Under the pieces are notes generated by a model. It did not search any database. It saw only the letters and a program-made list of their open reading frames with translations, and was not told the DNA's origin. From Octopus vulgaris (Eukaryota), in contig OX597819.1 in assembly GCA_951406725.2 (NCBI GenBank), positions 1,364,001 to 1,428,000 on the forward strand: a stretch of 64,000 bases of DNA. Reading direction: 5' to 3'. A program made the position numbers and the translations under genes. Each line of letters opens with the position of its first letter. Positions within the stretch are counted from its first letter, which is position 1. Shown here piece by piece: positions 25,690 through 39,217 of the stretch.

Positions 25690-26420
25690 TTCAAATGTAA
25701 CAGAATCGACAGAGACGGCTGTGGAATATATTCGACTTAGAAACAACCTGAAACCGCAGTTCATAGAAGTCTCTTGTACTTTTTCGAAACTATCGTTGAA
25801 CGACAAGCCATTCGCAACAAGATTAAGAGAAAATCCAACTTCTCTAATGCCGAAAGTTACCGACGATATCGTTGAAGAGCACATGGAATCATGTGATATC
25901 AATTAACGGATGATTAATATACCCTCATATACGTAAATGCTATCACCCTTAAAGAACGCTTTGGAGAAATCTGCTGTAGACATGGTAAGGAGATTACTAA
26001 AGGTAAGCAACCTAGATGGAAAACAAAACTTGAAGAAAACTTCAACACTCTGCGCCGCCATATTGGATGGTTAAGCACAATAATAAAATGTAAGGACAAC
26101 AATGAGCTCACACGGACAGAATAGGCCAGATATTGTTCTGTGGGATAGGGAGCAATACCCATGCATTTTTGGAGAGATCAGCTGCTTGACGGATGTGAAT
26201 GTCTCATCAAAAATCGAGGATAAGAGATCTGTGGAGATCTAATGAGAAATCTAAAGTTGTTACATTCAGGCCCCAGAATTTCATTTGTATCTATTATCAT
26301 AGATGTATGTAGCAATAAATCTGTATATAAACGTAGAAAAGCAAACTAATTCATATTCTCAAAAATAATCGGTAAGTGAAAATTTGTAAAGCATTCAGGG
26401 ATTCCTCATTTGAAGTTTAT
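25690..26420 (+). mobile_element. R4/Dong-like RLE element remnant, N-terminal part joined to RLE tail
   Basis: KQPRWKTKLEENFNTLRRHIGWL (pre-RT), followed within ~150 bp by ICGDLMRNLKLLH...FVSIII, which is homologous to 11440-11510. Confidence 0.6.
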
Positions 26421-27001
26421 GGGCTGAACTAATGCATTCAATCACATATTCATATGGTACACATACACGCGCACACACACACACATGGACAAACCAACCA
26501 TTTCAATATAAACTACAAGACCTGTTTTGATTTAAACAAAAGAGCCTTCTCACTTTGTTAGGGTCGGCTTAAATTCTGCAGAAGAAAAAACAAACACACA
26601 CACACACGCACACGCATAAGCGTGTATGTATGTGTGTGTGTATATACATATATATATATAGTGTGTGTATATACATTTAAAGTTATATATGTGTGTGCAT
26701 AAACATATATACATTATCCATCTCACACACACACATGTACACGCACAGGCGCGCGCACACGCACACACAATCCTAAACATAGTGCTACAACGAACTGACT
26801 ACTCATCAAAGCAGTGGCAAGTTAAAACGCCATACTCTACAATAAAATAGCAGAGTTTCATAATATAGTCACAGACAAATGGAATAAATATCAAATCTCT
26901 CAGTTACTCCTCTTGTCAGATCAGAGTGATGGTAAGGTTATATATCCTATCCTTAACCAGACGTTGAGCTCATAGTAACCTGTTTTATTCTTTGAATGTC
27001 T

Positions 27002-27393
27002 AAGGCGGCGAGCTGGCAGAAACGTTAGCACGCCGGGCGAAATGCTTAGCGTTATTTCGTCTCCCGCTACGTTCTGAGTTCAAATTCCGCCGAGGTCGAC
27101 TTTGCCTTTCATCCTTTCGGGGTCGATTAAATAAGTACCAGTAAAGCATTGGGGTCGATATAATCGACTTAATCCGTTTGTCTGTCCTTGTTTGTTCTCT
27201 CTGTGTTTAGCCCCTGGTGGGTAGTTAAGAAATAGGTATTTCAACTGTCTTTATGTCCTGAGTTCAAATTCTGCCGAGGGATACTTTGCCTTTCATCCTT
27301 TCGGGGTCGGTAAATTAAGTTGCGTACTGGGGTCAATCTAATCGACTGCCCCCCTTTCCCAAAATTTCGGGCCTTGTGCCTAGAGTAGAAAAT
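27002..27393 (+). mobile_element. SINE family B, dimeric, full length
   Basis: tRNA-like head and two copies of the core GAGTTCAAATT..GCCGAGG...GCCTTTCATCCTTTCGGGGTCG. Confidence 0.92.
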
Positions 27394-28027
27394 ATTCTTT
27401 GAATCTCTATTGCTATTTATCTATCTATCTAATTTCCATTCAAAAGCTATTGATTAAATCGTGACGATGGTTAAAGGTGCCATGCCGTGGACTGAACCAA
27501 GAATGCTTTGGCTGCAAAACGAACATTACAAACACATTGTTTTGCCTGCGTCCATATCTGTATTTTCTGGTGTTATTTTTTGGATGCTGTTTTGGCAATG
27601 TTATATATGTTAGTTACTCATGGGAAATCATTAGAGATTATGAAACTTAGCACTTGAAGTGTCTTTCAAGGTTTTAACTGCATATTGTTCTTGACGTGAT
27701 AAATCGCTCGAAGTGAGAAGGATAGAGAAGGGAGAAAGAAACAGAAAAAGAGAGAAAGAGAAAGCGAGAGAAAGAGAGAGAGAGAGAGAGTTGCGAAACC
27801 GTATTCTTGATAAGTGTAATAATTGTCTGTTGAAAGAAGACTAGAGTTTTCTGCGCACACTGTTGAATGTTTTCGGCGAGTTCCCTATCCATGCAGGCTG
27901 TACTACTTTGCTGTGAGGTGTATAGGTTTATTATTGTATATTGTTGTTTCTAAACTGATTAATTAAAAATAACTTTTCATTTTAGTATCATTGAAGCATT
28001 TAATCATTATAAGAAGTTCTATTAGAT

Positions 28028-28245
28028 AAGGTAGCCAGCTGGCAGAATCGTTGGGACACCGGACAGAATGCTTTGCAACATTTCTTCCGGCTTTATGTTC
28101 TGAGAAGGAATTCTGCCGAGGTCGACGTTGTCTTTCATCCTTTCAGGATCAATAAAATATATACCAGTTGTGTACTAGGGTCGATGTAATTGTCTAGCCG
28201 TCTACCCACTAAATTTCAGGCCTTGTACCTTTAGTCGAAAGAAAT
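28028..28245 (+). mobile_element. SINE family B monomer
   Basis: Head AAGGTAGCCAGCTGGCAGAATCGTT, with core and tail present. Confidence 0.85.
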
Positions 28246-30149
28246 AATTTCTATTAAATATTTTTCTTCCGCAGATAATAAAATCAAAATGTAATGCCGT
28301 AGTAACTGTTTATACATATAAATTGTCACATCAATTTAAAGTTATTTATGATGCACTTCCTCCATAAATATAATACCATTCATCTGAGCCAATTCCAGTC
28401 CATTATTGACTGGAGTGAATGTCTATAAACAAACGTAAGTCGATACAAGACAATAAATACAAAATCTAAGGCAAGCTAAAGCTTGTGATTTCTATTTTTC
28501 CTTTATTATTTGCGCTGACTTTTGATTTGGTTTTACGAGTCATGGTTATATATTACTTTCTATTTTAATAGCGTGCAATTAGTTGATTAACAGCCGCAAT
28601 TGCTTATTTTCCGATCCATTTGGTTCGTTCACACAGGTTTATCAAACATACAAACTCGGTAATCAGTATGAAAATATAAGCGTTTGCATTATGGGAAACT
28701 TGAAGGCATTTCTGGGTTTTATCTTGGCAAAAAACCAGGAAAAACAATTTCTCTTGATCTCTTGAATTTTATCTCTTGAGTTATATTTAATTTTATAATT
28801 TATTTCTTTTGGGCACATTTAGAATATATTTACCAACGCATAACAAAGGACATCGACTTGTAACCATTCAATGCATGATTTATTGTGAAACAAAAATAAA
28901 TAAATTAATCGCGCTTTTATTCAGATGCGTTGTCGGTTTTAACGGAAAAACAAAGATTACATGGCGTTTATATATCAAATTAATGAATTAATAGGGGAAA
29001 TGTTGTCAAAATTATATATAAAATTACATTTAAATGTAGTATTTATCATAGAACAAAAAACATTCTGGATAAGCTAAACACTGTATACTTCGGGAACATT
29101 AATTGAATAAAGTTCAGAAAATTAAGCAAATGAGTGGAAGACTATTTCAACGTTTTCAGCTGGATTTCTTTTGGAGAAGGAGAAACGGTAGTTTATGAGA
29201 GGAAGTAAAATAGTGGCTGGGCTATGAGGGACAGAAAGTTGTTGTTTAGCTCTCAGGTCAACCCTGATCAAGTAAATTTATAATCAAAGGTATTCCAGCT
29301 GTTATAATCTCTCGTATCCCATGTGCATTGTCCAGAGTGTCCATAGTAAGGTTACATTTGAGTTGAATGTGGCTGCTATTTCTAGCAACCCAAGCAAATA
29401 AGTAAATGTTTTTCGTTGTCCCGAGTAAGGCTTACTTGGAAGAATTGACAAATTTTATTTATTAAGTAGATACATCTATATAGATTAACATACGTATAAG
29501 CTGTTGCAGGCCAAGATTTGTTGGAAAGATATGAACAGGAAGAAGATTCAAGGAAGATTTGGAGAAACCGCACATACTCTTAAGCCATATTGCAATAACG
29601 AAGCACTGCTCTGACTTCATAGTGTGGTCTGAGTGAGAAAAAATAGTTTTGATGCGCATGAAAAACCTAGAATAGGAAATCAAAAGAGGAACGAAACTAG
29701 CAGTACACCGTGATTCCAATAAAGGTGGGATGTCCTGGGTTCATTCCTTGATCCGCTATGTCATACATTGCTAGCATTGAACTTAGGAAGCACAGCAGGG
29801 CAATGATTCAAGAACTGGAGAGTAAGCGGAAAATGCTTATTCATAGAGAGTCGCATGTTTTACTACTTCAGTGAGCAGTAAAACATGATACTTGCGTAGC
29901 TGTTGGCGCGATCACAGCTGCTACCAGTTTGTTGTGATCACTTAATGAATAACAGGTGTTAAAAGTGCGCTGCAGTGTGAGTTAAAGGAAGCAGGGATTT
30001 ACCTGTTTGTCTTAATGACGTTCGACACCATGGGAAAGACTGAAATAACATCGGAAGGGGACAAAATCATTGCAATCTTCAGTCAAGAGCTGATAATATG
30101 ATATTACAATTACATGCATGCATAATACATAGACGCTCACGCACACACA

Positions 30150-30211
<62 letters not shown>

Positions 30212-30254
30212 CGTGTGTGTGTGTGTGTGTGTGTGCGTGTACACACATAGACAT

Positions 30255-31850
30255 AAGGGAGAAGAAAAGGGCTTAGTTTACTAAGAATCCTTTTAGAGTC
30301 ACTAAAACACTGCTGGGTGAGACTAAATGTGGTAGATGAATCTGCCTCAGTAAAAGCATAGAGGATTTCCGAGAAAGATCCACAATCACAACCTCAAAAC
30401 CCAAGTCTTGCATGCTAAGCCAAAGCTCGGTAAAACTGTATTATCAGGAAATTAACTTGACATCAGCAATCAATTCTAGAAAGAAATTAGAGAGTTGATG
30501 AAGGTCGGAACTGGACTGTTCCCGGCCCAAGTGGTATACCGTACAAGGTGTATAAGAAATTCCTTATGTTCCTTCTGAGATTATGGACACTGCTTAGTAA
30601 AATATGGTAAAAGGGAATCATATCATAGTGCAAGAAGAAGGTACAAGGGTGTTTTGTACCCAAGGCAGAAACTCTTCAGCCACAAACCAATTTAGAATCA
30701 TCTCACTCCTGAGTGTTGTAGGTAAAATGTTTTTAATGTTGGCCAAAAGAATGACCTCGTACATGATCGAAAATGGACATGTAAATACCCTAGAAAGGTG
30801 GGACCCCATGCTTCTCTGGATGTCTTAAACACACCGGAGTTCTCAGTCAGATAATCTGGGAAACCAAAAGAAGCAAAGTTAACTTTTTAGTGGTCTGGCT
30901 AGATTTGGCAAATGCATACAGATCAATCCTTCATGCCCTCATATATGTAGCCTCAAAAAACTACCATATCTCTTCACGCATTAAGGAGACGATCATCAGT
31001 TATTTCGGAGGTATTCAGTTGCGTTTCATAGCAACCCAGTTTACAACTTGTGGGCGAAGCCTTGAGAAGGAAAATGTAACTTGCTGTGCAATTTCCCCCT
31101 TTCTCTTCAACATGGGATCGAACCTCATATTAACAATTGCTGATAAAGAAATACAAAAACCAAGGATGGAGTTAGGCAGCCAACAACATCCAAAAATATA
31201 TTTTATGGATGTTCTCATAATGGCAACCACGGACCATATGGAGAAGAAATCGATGGTAATTTTACTTGAACATATTGTAAAGTTGAGTTTAAACCTAAAA
31301 AAATCCAAAATTATGTTGATCAAGAAAGGGAAAGTGTTAGATAGTCAGTGCAAGCACACGGAGAGACGATTCCATCGGCAAAAGAAAATCTTATAAAACG
31401 TCTTGTCAAGTGGCTTAATGACTTAATTCTTGACAAGCACAACATGAGCAGTACTGAGAAGTAGAAAGAGGAGTGTCTGAAAAGGATAGAAAGCTCAGGT
31501 CTTCCGGGAGAATTCAAAGCCTGGCTCAACCCACACGGGTTGCCCCCAAAATTTATGTAAAAGCTGACGGTATGATGTTTCAGTGACAGGAGTGGAAGGA
31601 GTGGAGAGTAAGATAAGCAAGTACCTCTAAAGGTACTTGGGTACCACTTCAAACATCATTTCAATAGGCCTGTGCGTATGATCATGTCAGTTGCAACTTT
31701 CTTCACCAAATCCGTGGTGAAGGATTCAGAATAGCAAAGTGTAGAGTCGTAATGATATACAAGGACTCTCAGAATCAGCGTGTTAGGCAGTCGGATATCA
31801 TTACAAGATCTGTATGCGCTGGACAGTCAACACCACAGTTGCACAATTGT
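30255..31850 (+). mobile_element. HERO-like non-LTR retrotransposon RT remnant, old
   Basis: FTKNPFRVTKTLLG, PGPSGIPYKVYK, FRIISLLSVVGK, VVWLDLANAY, CAISPFLF, YFMD; many stops and frameshifts. Confidence 0.85.
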
Positions 31851-33919
31851 TTTCAAGAGCCTCAATTTCTCTATTGCAATAAGTTGAAATAAATATATTA
31901 ATTTTCAGAACTTGTATCAAGGCATATAGATGAAATGACAGGTTGAATCTAGGAACAAATCTGGATTATTAACTCAGCTCTACTAAACACCGTTCAATAA
32001 AATGGAAAACCCTTCTCACCGTATTAAACCCATTTCAGTAAAGTTAAAAACCAACTAATTAGCCTTTATATAATTCAACGAGCTGTAAGAAATAATCACC
32101 AAATCTACCTCATATAACACTATACCATCTTAAAATAGAACACTGTGGTTAAATTTAGTTCTAGATACAATATGGGATATATGTAGACGGAATGGTCATG
32201 ACTGAAACGTTTATGCGCATCAGGGCTAACCTGGAATAAACAACAGTAATAGCACTATTAAGAAAGAAACGATTTATCTATCTGCATCAACAGCTTATAA
32301 ACATCTTAAAGTGTAGTGTGTATATAGATGCAAAAGCCATGACATCGTAACTTCATCGAAATACACTTTACATTTTAGCAAACAAATATCTAATTCAAAA
32401 TGTCATTAAAAATCCATTCACATCAACAAACTTTCGCATCAGTGCAATGATAAAAATTAGTCGCTGCTGAAAATTGACTGAGGTTAAACCTGCACAATAA
32501 ACCAGTCATGAAAGTTAGATCATCCACTAATCCACATTACAACCGAAATGGATCAACTGGATTGACGGATTAACTGATGCATCATTGGTTTAACTTGCTA
32601 CAAACTTTACGTTCATCTGTACGTAAACGTTAAAAGGATTTCCTATTGTATGGAATGGTTTTGTTGCAATGAATAAGACCGTTATTTTTCTGATCTATTT
32701 TGCAATCGTGTTTACACAGGTTTAGTTTTCTTCCGCTTGAATCAACTATTAAATCATCGAATCATACCAAATTGTATTACGCAGTTATATTCAATTTCTA
32801 ACTATTCGAAAAATACAGAAACATTGATTGATTATTTTATAAATAATTATATACAAAAAGAAGAAAAAGGGGAAAGTAAAGAAGTAAAAGAAGAAAAAGA
32901 AGATTAAAAAAAAGAGTAAAGAAGGAGGGGGAAAAGACTAAGAAGGAGGAGCAAAAAGAGAAGCAGAATAAAGAGAAGAAAGAGCAAAAGAGTTGTATGG
33001 GGGTTGGAGAAGAGATGAATGCCATTACTATTGTTCTCTTGTCAATGGGATTGCTAACTTTAGTGACAAAGTATATGGTGGAGATGCCTGGGAAGTTCAT
33101 TTTGGTATAATTCACGCAACTTCCTAGTTTGTTCAGCAGAAATACTAGGCTAAGTCATATCATACGATATAAGTAATTTTCTCTTAAATATACCCGACCT
33201 AGCACAGTAATAAGTACAGTTATTAAGGGGCACTCGAGATGAGAGCCACTAGAAGTATGGCTTTTGCTTGAATGCAAATTTAACGCAATCCCGTTATTTC
33301 TTGCGTGATGATATACATGATCATAGCAACTCAAGCAGCAGAATGAAGAAAAAAATATATGAAAACATATATGAAAGCAACAAGAAAATTATGATCAATG
33401 CGCAGCATTTGTGACGATATTTTCTGAATATTATGATGCAATATTTTAGCTAATTTTGGCAAATCTTTAAAGCATTTTATTCTTTCGCACATGCAATAGA
33501 TGGCACTATACTCTACAGAAAGCTGAATATTGTTTGCTACTTTTTGGCTCGTGGTGCATTCAACACTATTTCGACCATTTTTACGCACTGTTTTGTACTT
33601 GTCAATTATTAACCAGAAAATTATAACAATGACTGAGTTGATGAGATTTCCCATCGATTATCCCCAGAGAAGAGAATCTATTCGTAAACGGAACAATCAC
33701 TTATTGTTTTACCCCTAAATATCATCATTTCTTTATATGCGCAATCATTTCTCCATCTTTTAAAATCCAAGTGTCTGCATGGAATATTTTGTATGGCAAA
33801 TGCCTTTTCCTTCCCTCTTCTCTGTGTGTCTCTCTCTCAGATTCTCCCTCACTTTCCCTGCCTCACGTATACGCATATGCCCAAATACGCGCTCGTATAT
33901 ACATGAAACGCATACATGC

Positions 33920-34101
33920 AAGCACGCAACACACAAACACACACACTCACACTCACACACACTCACACACTCACACACACACACGCACCCGCACGCACGC
34001 ACACATACTCGTACGCATATACAAAATATTCGTACGCATGCACATAGCGCACGCACAAACACACAGTGATACACACAGACACACAGACACACAGACACAC
34101 A

Positions 34102-34146
<45 letters not shown>

Positions 34147-34165
34147 ACACACATACACACACAAA
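33920..34165. repeat. (CA)n-rich compound microsatellite
   Basis: Direct reading. Confidence 0.9.
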
Positions 34166-34743
34166 CGCTCGCTCACGTTTATTGGATTATGTTTCGGTTC
34201 AGTTTACGCTCTTTTTCTCTATTCAATGAACGGTATTTTGATACAAAACCAAGCAAGGAAAACTTTTTATCAGAGCGTAACAGCTGCAGTTTCTGCATAT
34301 ATTGTTCTATTTATTGTCTTAGTTTTGGTTATATTTTAAGATATTTGTATCTACCAGACATAAAGTCATAGCGCTCAGCCATATAAATAAATAAGTCATC
34401 AAGGCAGCGGAACATTTTCTCTCTGTAGAATTTGATTTGCATACAAACTTGACAAAAATCAACTATTTTTTCATTATATTCCAGGGTAAAAGAGTCATCT
34501 CTATCCCTTGTTTATGAGAGCAAATTTATTTATTTTTCCTTAGATGTTGAAGGATTGTATGTATATCTAAATATTTACACACTCACTCACACATACATAC
34601 ACACACATACGCACGCAAAAAGAGAGGTAGAAAAGAACTATAGAAAATTCAGATGTATGAAACTATGTGCAAATGTCTGCGTTTACTGTTTATATATGTG
34701 TGTATGCATGTACGTGCATACATACGTACATAAATACATACAT

Positions 34744-34790
<47 letters not shown>

Positions 34791-36491
34791 TAAGTATGTA
34801 TATATATATATATATATAATCTGTGTGAAAATGCATGTGTGTCTGTATTACGCTTTCTGACTTCAAAAGATCGTAAATTTTCGTACAGAATGAACGTAAA
34901 TAATACTGGCGCTGATATGAATTTAACTGAGACGCCACTGAAGCAGACAATCTAAATATAAGTCTCTGTAATCGAATGAAAAACAAATTATAAACGTTTT
35001 ACCTCAATAACTTAACAATAAAATGTAATTTTGTTTTTATTTCTTTTCTAACAGAAACAAGCTATGTAAACCTACTATACTTGCACATGTGGTATATTAT
35101 CATATATCTTTAATATTTCTTTCAATGGTAGGACTCAAGCTATCGGGTAAATTTTCCACCGCTAGTTTTTCCACTGTAGTTTTCTACTTCTATTATCTTT
35201 GATGTTTTATTATCGAGTTTATACATAAAAGCGTAGTAAAAAATAATAACCCATGCCATGTCTCATAGAGACTGAAATAGGCCAAAATGACAAATAAATA
35301 AATAAATGATAATGAAGTTATGAGCGATAAAAGAATAGATTTTGTTCTTGCAATTTCATAGTGAAGTAGTTGACAAAAATAACAAGGGCTCAAAAAGCTA
35401 TTTCCATTAGCTTTGATTTTATAGTTATTAGAAACTGGGTTCATATTTCTTTTAATAGTCATTACTCTGTTCATAAACTATGAATTAAAGATTTCAAATT
35501 TCGTAAACATTGTTACTGAACAATATAGGAATAAATCCTTGAAGAAAATGCGCGGCTTTCTGTAACCTGATGATCCAATCAATGCTTTATATTCAATAAA
35601 TAAATAAAAAAAAAAACACCTTGATATTAAATTCTTTTTTGCCATTATAATAGCTAAAAGAAATCAGATGTAAATTGTTTTTGAACACATCGGACTATGT
35701 ACAGACAAATCCTGAACGATTGAGCAATTCGACATAAGTAAAACGAATTTAAGTTTCAGACACGTATTACTGATGATTTTGTATTACATGCGAGAAAAGT
35801 ATGCCAACATTTCGGTCCGTATACTTCAATTGCCAATCTATCGCGTTTATTTCATCAGTTATACATTATCGAAAATTTGTAACAAAGTGGACAAAACTAG
35901 AAAGAGCAAATTTCGAATGTAATCGAGTTTTTAGCATACAGATTATCAATTGTATGTGCAATCTACAGATTCAGTATTTATTATGGCAGAAATAAGTATA
36001 ATTATTAGAATGAAAATAATAATACAATATTCCTTATATGACAATAAGAAAATTACTAGAACTGTAGCTTGCATCCAGTCATTCAATTGATAACCTCTTC
36101 CTCAGCCATTGCTATTTCTTTCACTTTTTCTCCAAACTCATATTTACCATCGGCAACGCTTCCAGCTTTGTTTACCATACTCTGCATTCGCCTCAGCCTC
36201 TACGCCTCACCATTTGTCATTCTCCCACCACACAACTGTGAACTTGGAACCCTATTCTCACTTCTCGTCGCATGAATGTACGTCCTGCTATCTATCACCT
36301 CCATTTTTATCTTTCTTTTCAGTTACTTCCACCCACACTTATATAATACGGTTAACCATGTATCGCCTCTACAGCATAACGCATATTCCTGCCCCCCTTT
36401 ATCATACTGTAGTCTCCCACCACCTGATGTAACGCAAGCTTTTTCTGTACTACACCACCTCGACCAAGCAGGAATCTATTTGCCTTACGAA

Positions 36492-38380
36492 TTACATGGT
36501 GACCTCACTATTGTGTTTAGTGGGGTAGTCTATTGTGACCTTAATACTCTGGTGGATGGAGTTAGCTATTTGCTGGATGCTCTCCATAGTATTAGTTTCT
36601 ATTACTATATCAACATTACTCTCTTGTGGGGGTGCCTTTACCACTATGTTGATATCATCAACATAGCGAGAGTACATGTTTACGAGTATAGAGTTCTGTG
36701 TTAGGCGTTCTTTAAGCCTTCTGTCCCACCATACCATGAAAAGGTTGGCCACATCACCAGCGATACTAACGCCGATGGCTGCCCCTCGTCCTGGGCATAT
36801 ATTTTATTATTAAACTTAAACGTGTGGCCTGTTAGGGTAACTCTTATACTAGCTCCTAGTGCATGTGTGATCATTTTCTTTACCTGATGGACATTTGCGG
36901 TGCTCCGTATGGCTCTGGTCCACCCGCGCCATCTTTCTAAATGTGTCTTCCTAGCCATAGAAGTAATTGTGGGCGGTCTACCTCTTAAACATCTACAGGG
37001 ACAGAAACTACTAAGATTATGTTTATCTAAGTATTCATTATTACATGTCAGTCTAAGTAGGAGGCCCAGTTCCTCTGTGTTGACATTACGGAACTCCACC
37101 TGGCTCTCGTTGATCATCTCCACGCACTTCTCCACTGCAAAATCTACGTCGATCGATGGGTATAGGGATACCACATCCATGCTACCTACCATACATCCTG
37201 TCAGGTCACAAGTGTTGTTACAGTCATTGATCCTGCTGAGGAGATCTTCTGTGCTGTCACAAACATCAGGTGACATCCGGATTATAGGGCGTATGATCAT
37301 TGAGAGGAAGTAGGAGATTCTGTAGTTGCTAGCGATATTCGCTCCACAGACTGGTCTTGTTGGTGGTCCTGCTATAGGGTCAGTAATTACTTTATGGTCC
37401 TTGCGAAGTCCATACAGTGCCGGGATATCATTGTTTTAGGCTTGGAAATTATTTGCAGTACGTTTCTGGGGTCCCAGAACAATTGTCCACTTCATCATGT
37501 GGGCGTTGAGGACCTTTTCTCTCTCCTCATGCACCTGTACAGTTGTTATTTTTGTATTGGCGATATGAGGTTGCATTGCCTGGATGTAGTTCGGTAAGCT
37601 GTCCATTGACATCCTGCCGGACTTATCTGTGGGAAGGCATATCACCTCTCCATTCCTCATGCGCTGAATGAGCTTACATAGGCCACATGCATGTTTAATC
37701 CCGAGTTGTTGGACCTCTGTCTTATTCTGTCTCTGTCTCTTAGTGTATAATCCTAAAATCTGTCTAAGTTTGGTCCTAGCTATAGTGAACTGTGCTTCCA
37801 TATGGTCATTAGTATGTCTTGGGATGTAGACTCTTTTGATGAAGGGTAATGTAGTTGGATAAATCCGGCTCATGCAGTAAGATTTGTCACATACGTTGAA
37901 GAATTGAGTGTCAAAGGGGTGGGTATACATGTCAATGGTCATTCTAGGGTTATCTTCATTATCGTTACTGTTTCCATCATCAGCCTCCCTATTATTATTA
38001 CCACCATTACCACTACTACTATTATTACTATTACCACCACAACTATCACTACTACCATCATTACTATTTCTACTGTTACCACCACCACCACCACTACTAC
38101 TACCACTATTATTGTTATTACCGTTATTCCTACCATTGCCATTATTGCTATCATTCTGATTATCGCTAGTGATATTTTCATTGTTCTTGTTTCTGGTGTA
38201 TGTGTTGTTCATATTAGTGTTGGGTTTTATGTCTGTCTGTTGGTCCCTGTCATTCCCTCTGTTGTAGTTGTCCTATGAGTACTGTTATCTGTTTCAAGTC
38301 TACTGACTCCCTGTCCAAGGATTCTCTAGCATTCAACTTTATTTTCCATCGTGAACCTCATGACACCACTTTTTTTCGAT
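36492..38380 (-). mobile_element. Penelope-like retroelement RT, probably Naiad clade; pseudogenised and 3'-truncated
   Basis: PTDKSGR, PALYGLRKDHK...PTRPVCGA, GSMDVVSLYPSID, FKFNNKIYAQDEG, ANLFMVWWD, YSRYVDDI, VTIDYPTKH; Asn/Gly/Ser-rich N-terminal insert; no GIY-YIG domain visible. Confidence 0.88.
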
Positions 38381-38703
38381 TCGATTTATTATTATTATTA
38401 CTAGTATTGTTGTTATACATACATACATACATACAAGCATATGTAATGATAATAATAAGTGGATGTAAACACATGAACAAAATAAGAATAAACAAAAACA
38501 ACAACGACAAAAACAAAATACAAATTACATGAACGTATATAAACAGAAGATACAAATATTACAGGCATCCCCCCACATACACACACTAAATAAACATAGA
38601 CGCACATAGAGATATAAGCATGGGCAAATGAAGACATACAATAGAAATACAAAATGGCTGACGGTTAATAAGGAGAGACACAAATAAGAAAGAAGAAAAC
38701 AAA

Positions 38704-38748
38704 GGACCACTGATGCGGTCACAGGAATGTGACGAAAGAACTCTGGCC
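38704..38748 (+). ncRNA. Hammerhead-like motif antisense and upstream of the Penelope-like RT
   Basis: GGACCA-CUGAUGC-G-GUCAC(AGGAAU)GUGAC-GAAA-G(AA)C-UC-UGGCC; deviates from consensus at A9 (C). Confidence 0.55.
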
Positions 38749-38862
38749 GAAATAAGATTAAGATTAATGTAAAAAATAAATAACACTGAAGCAAAATAAC
38801 ATCAAATATATAGTGCGTGTGTTTTTATTGGCTAAACTGGCAAAATGACCATTCCGAAATAT

Positions 38863-38917
<55 letters not shown>

Positions 38918-39186
38918 ATATTCCTGAGCGTTATACTAATACATCTGTTTGTTTTGAATTAAAGGAACATGAAGATGCTGTTATGTTACAAGATATCAAA
39001 ATGAAAGATCGAGCCATTTGACTTTATGTATAATTGTGTCCCCGTGAAATCTCGGGGCTTCAAAGTTCCTAAATGACATACTCAGTTTCCGTATTAAAAA
39101 CTGAAAAATAAAGAATTAATGATTTTTAAGATAAATATATTATCATAAGAGAATTAAGATATTTTCAATTATTCTAATTTTTACTT

Positions 39187-39217
<31 letters not shown>

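Noticed and set aside
37904-38278. Thr/Ile- and Leu/Pro-rich + strand ORFs
   Set aside because: Antisense readings of the low-complexity N-terminal insert of the Penelope-like element.
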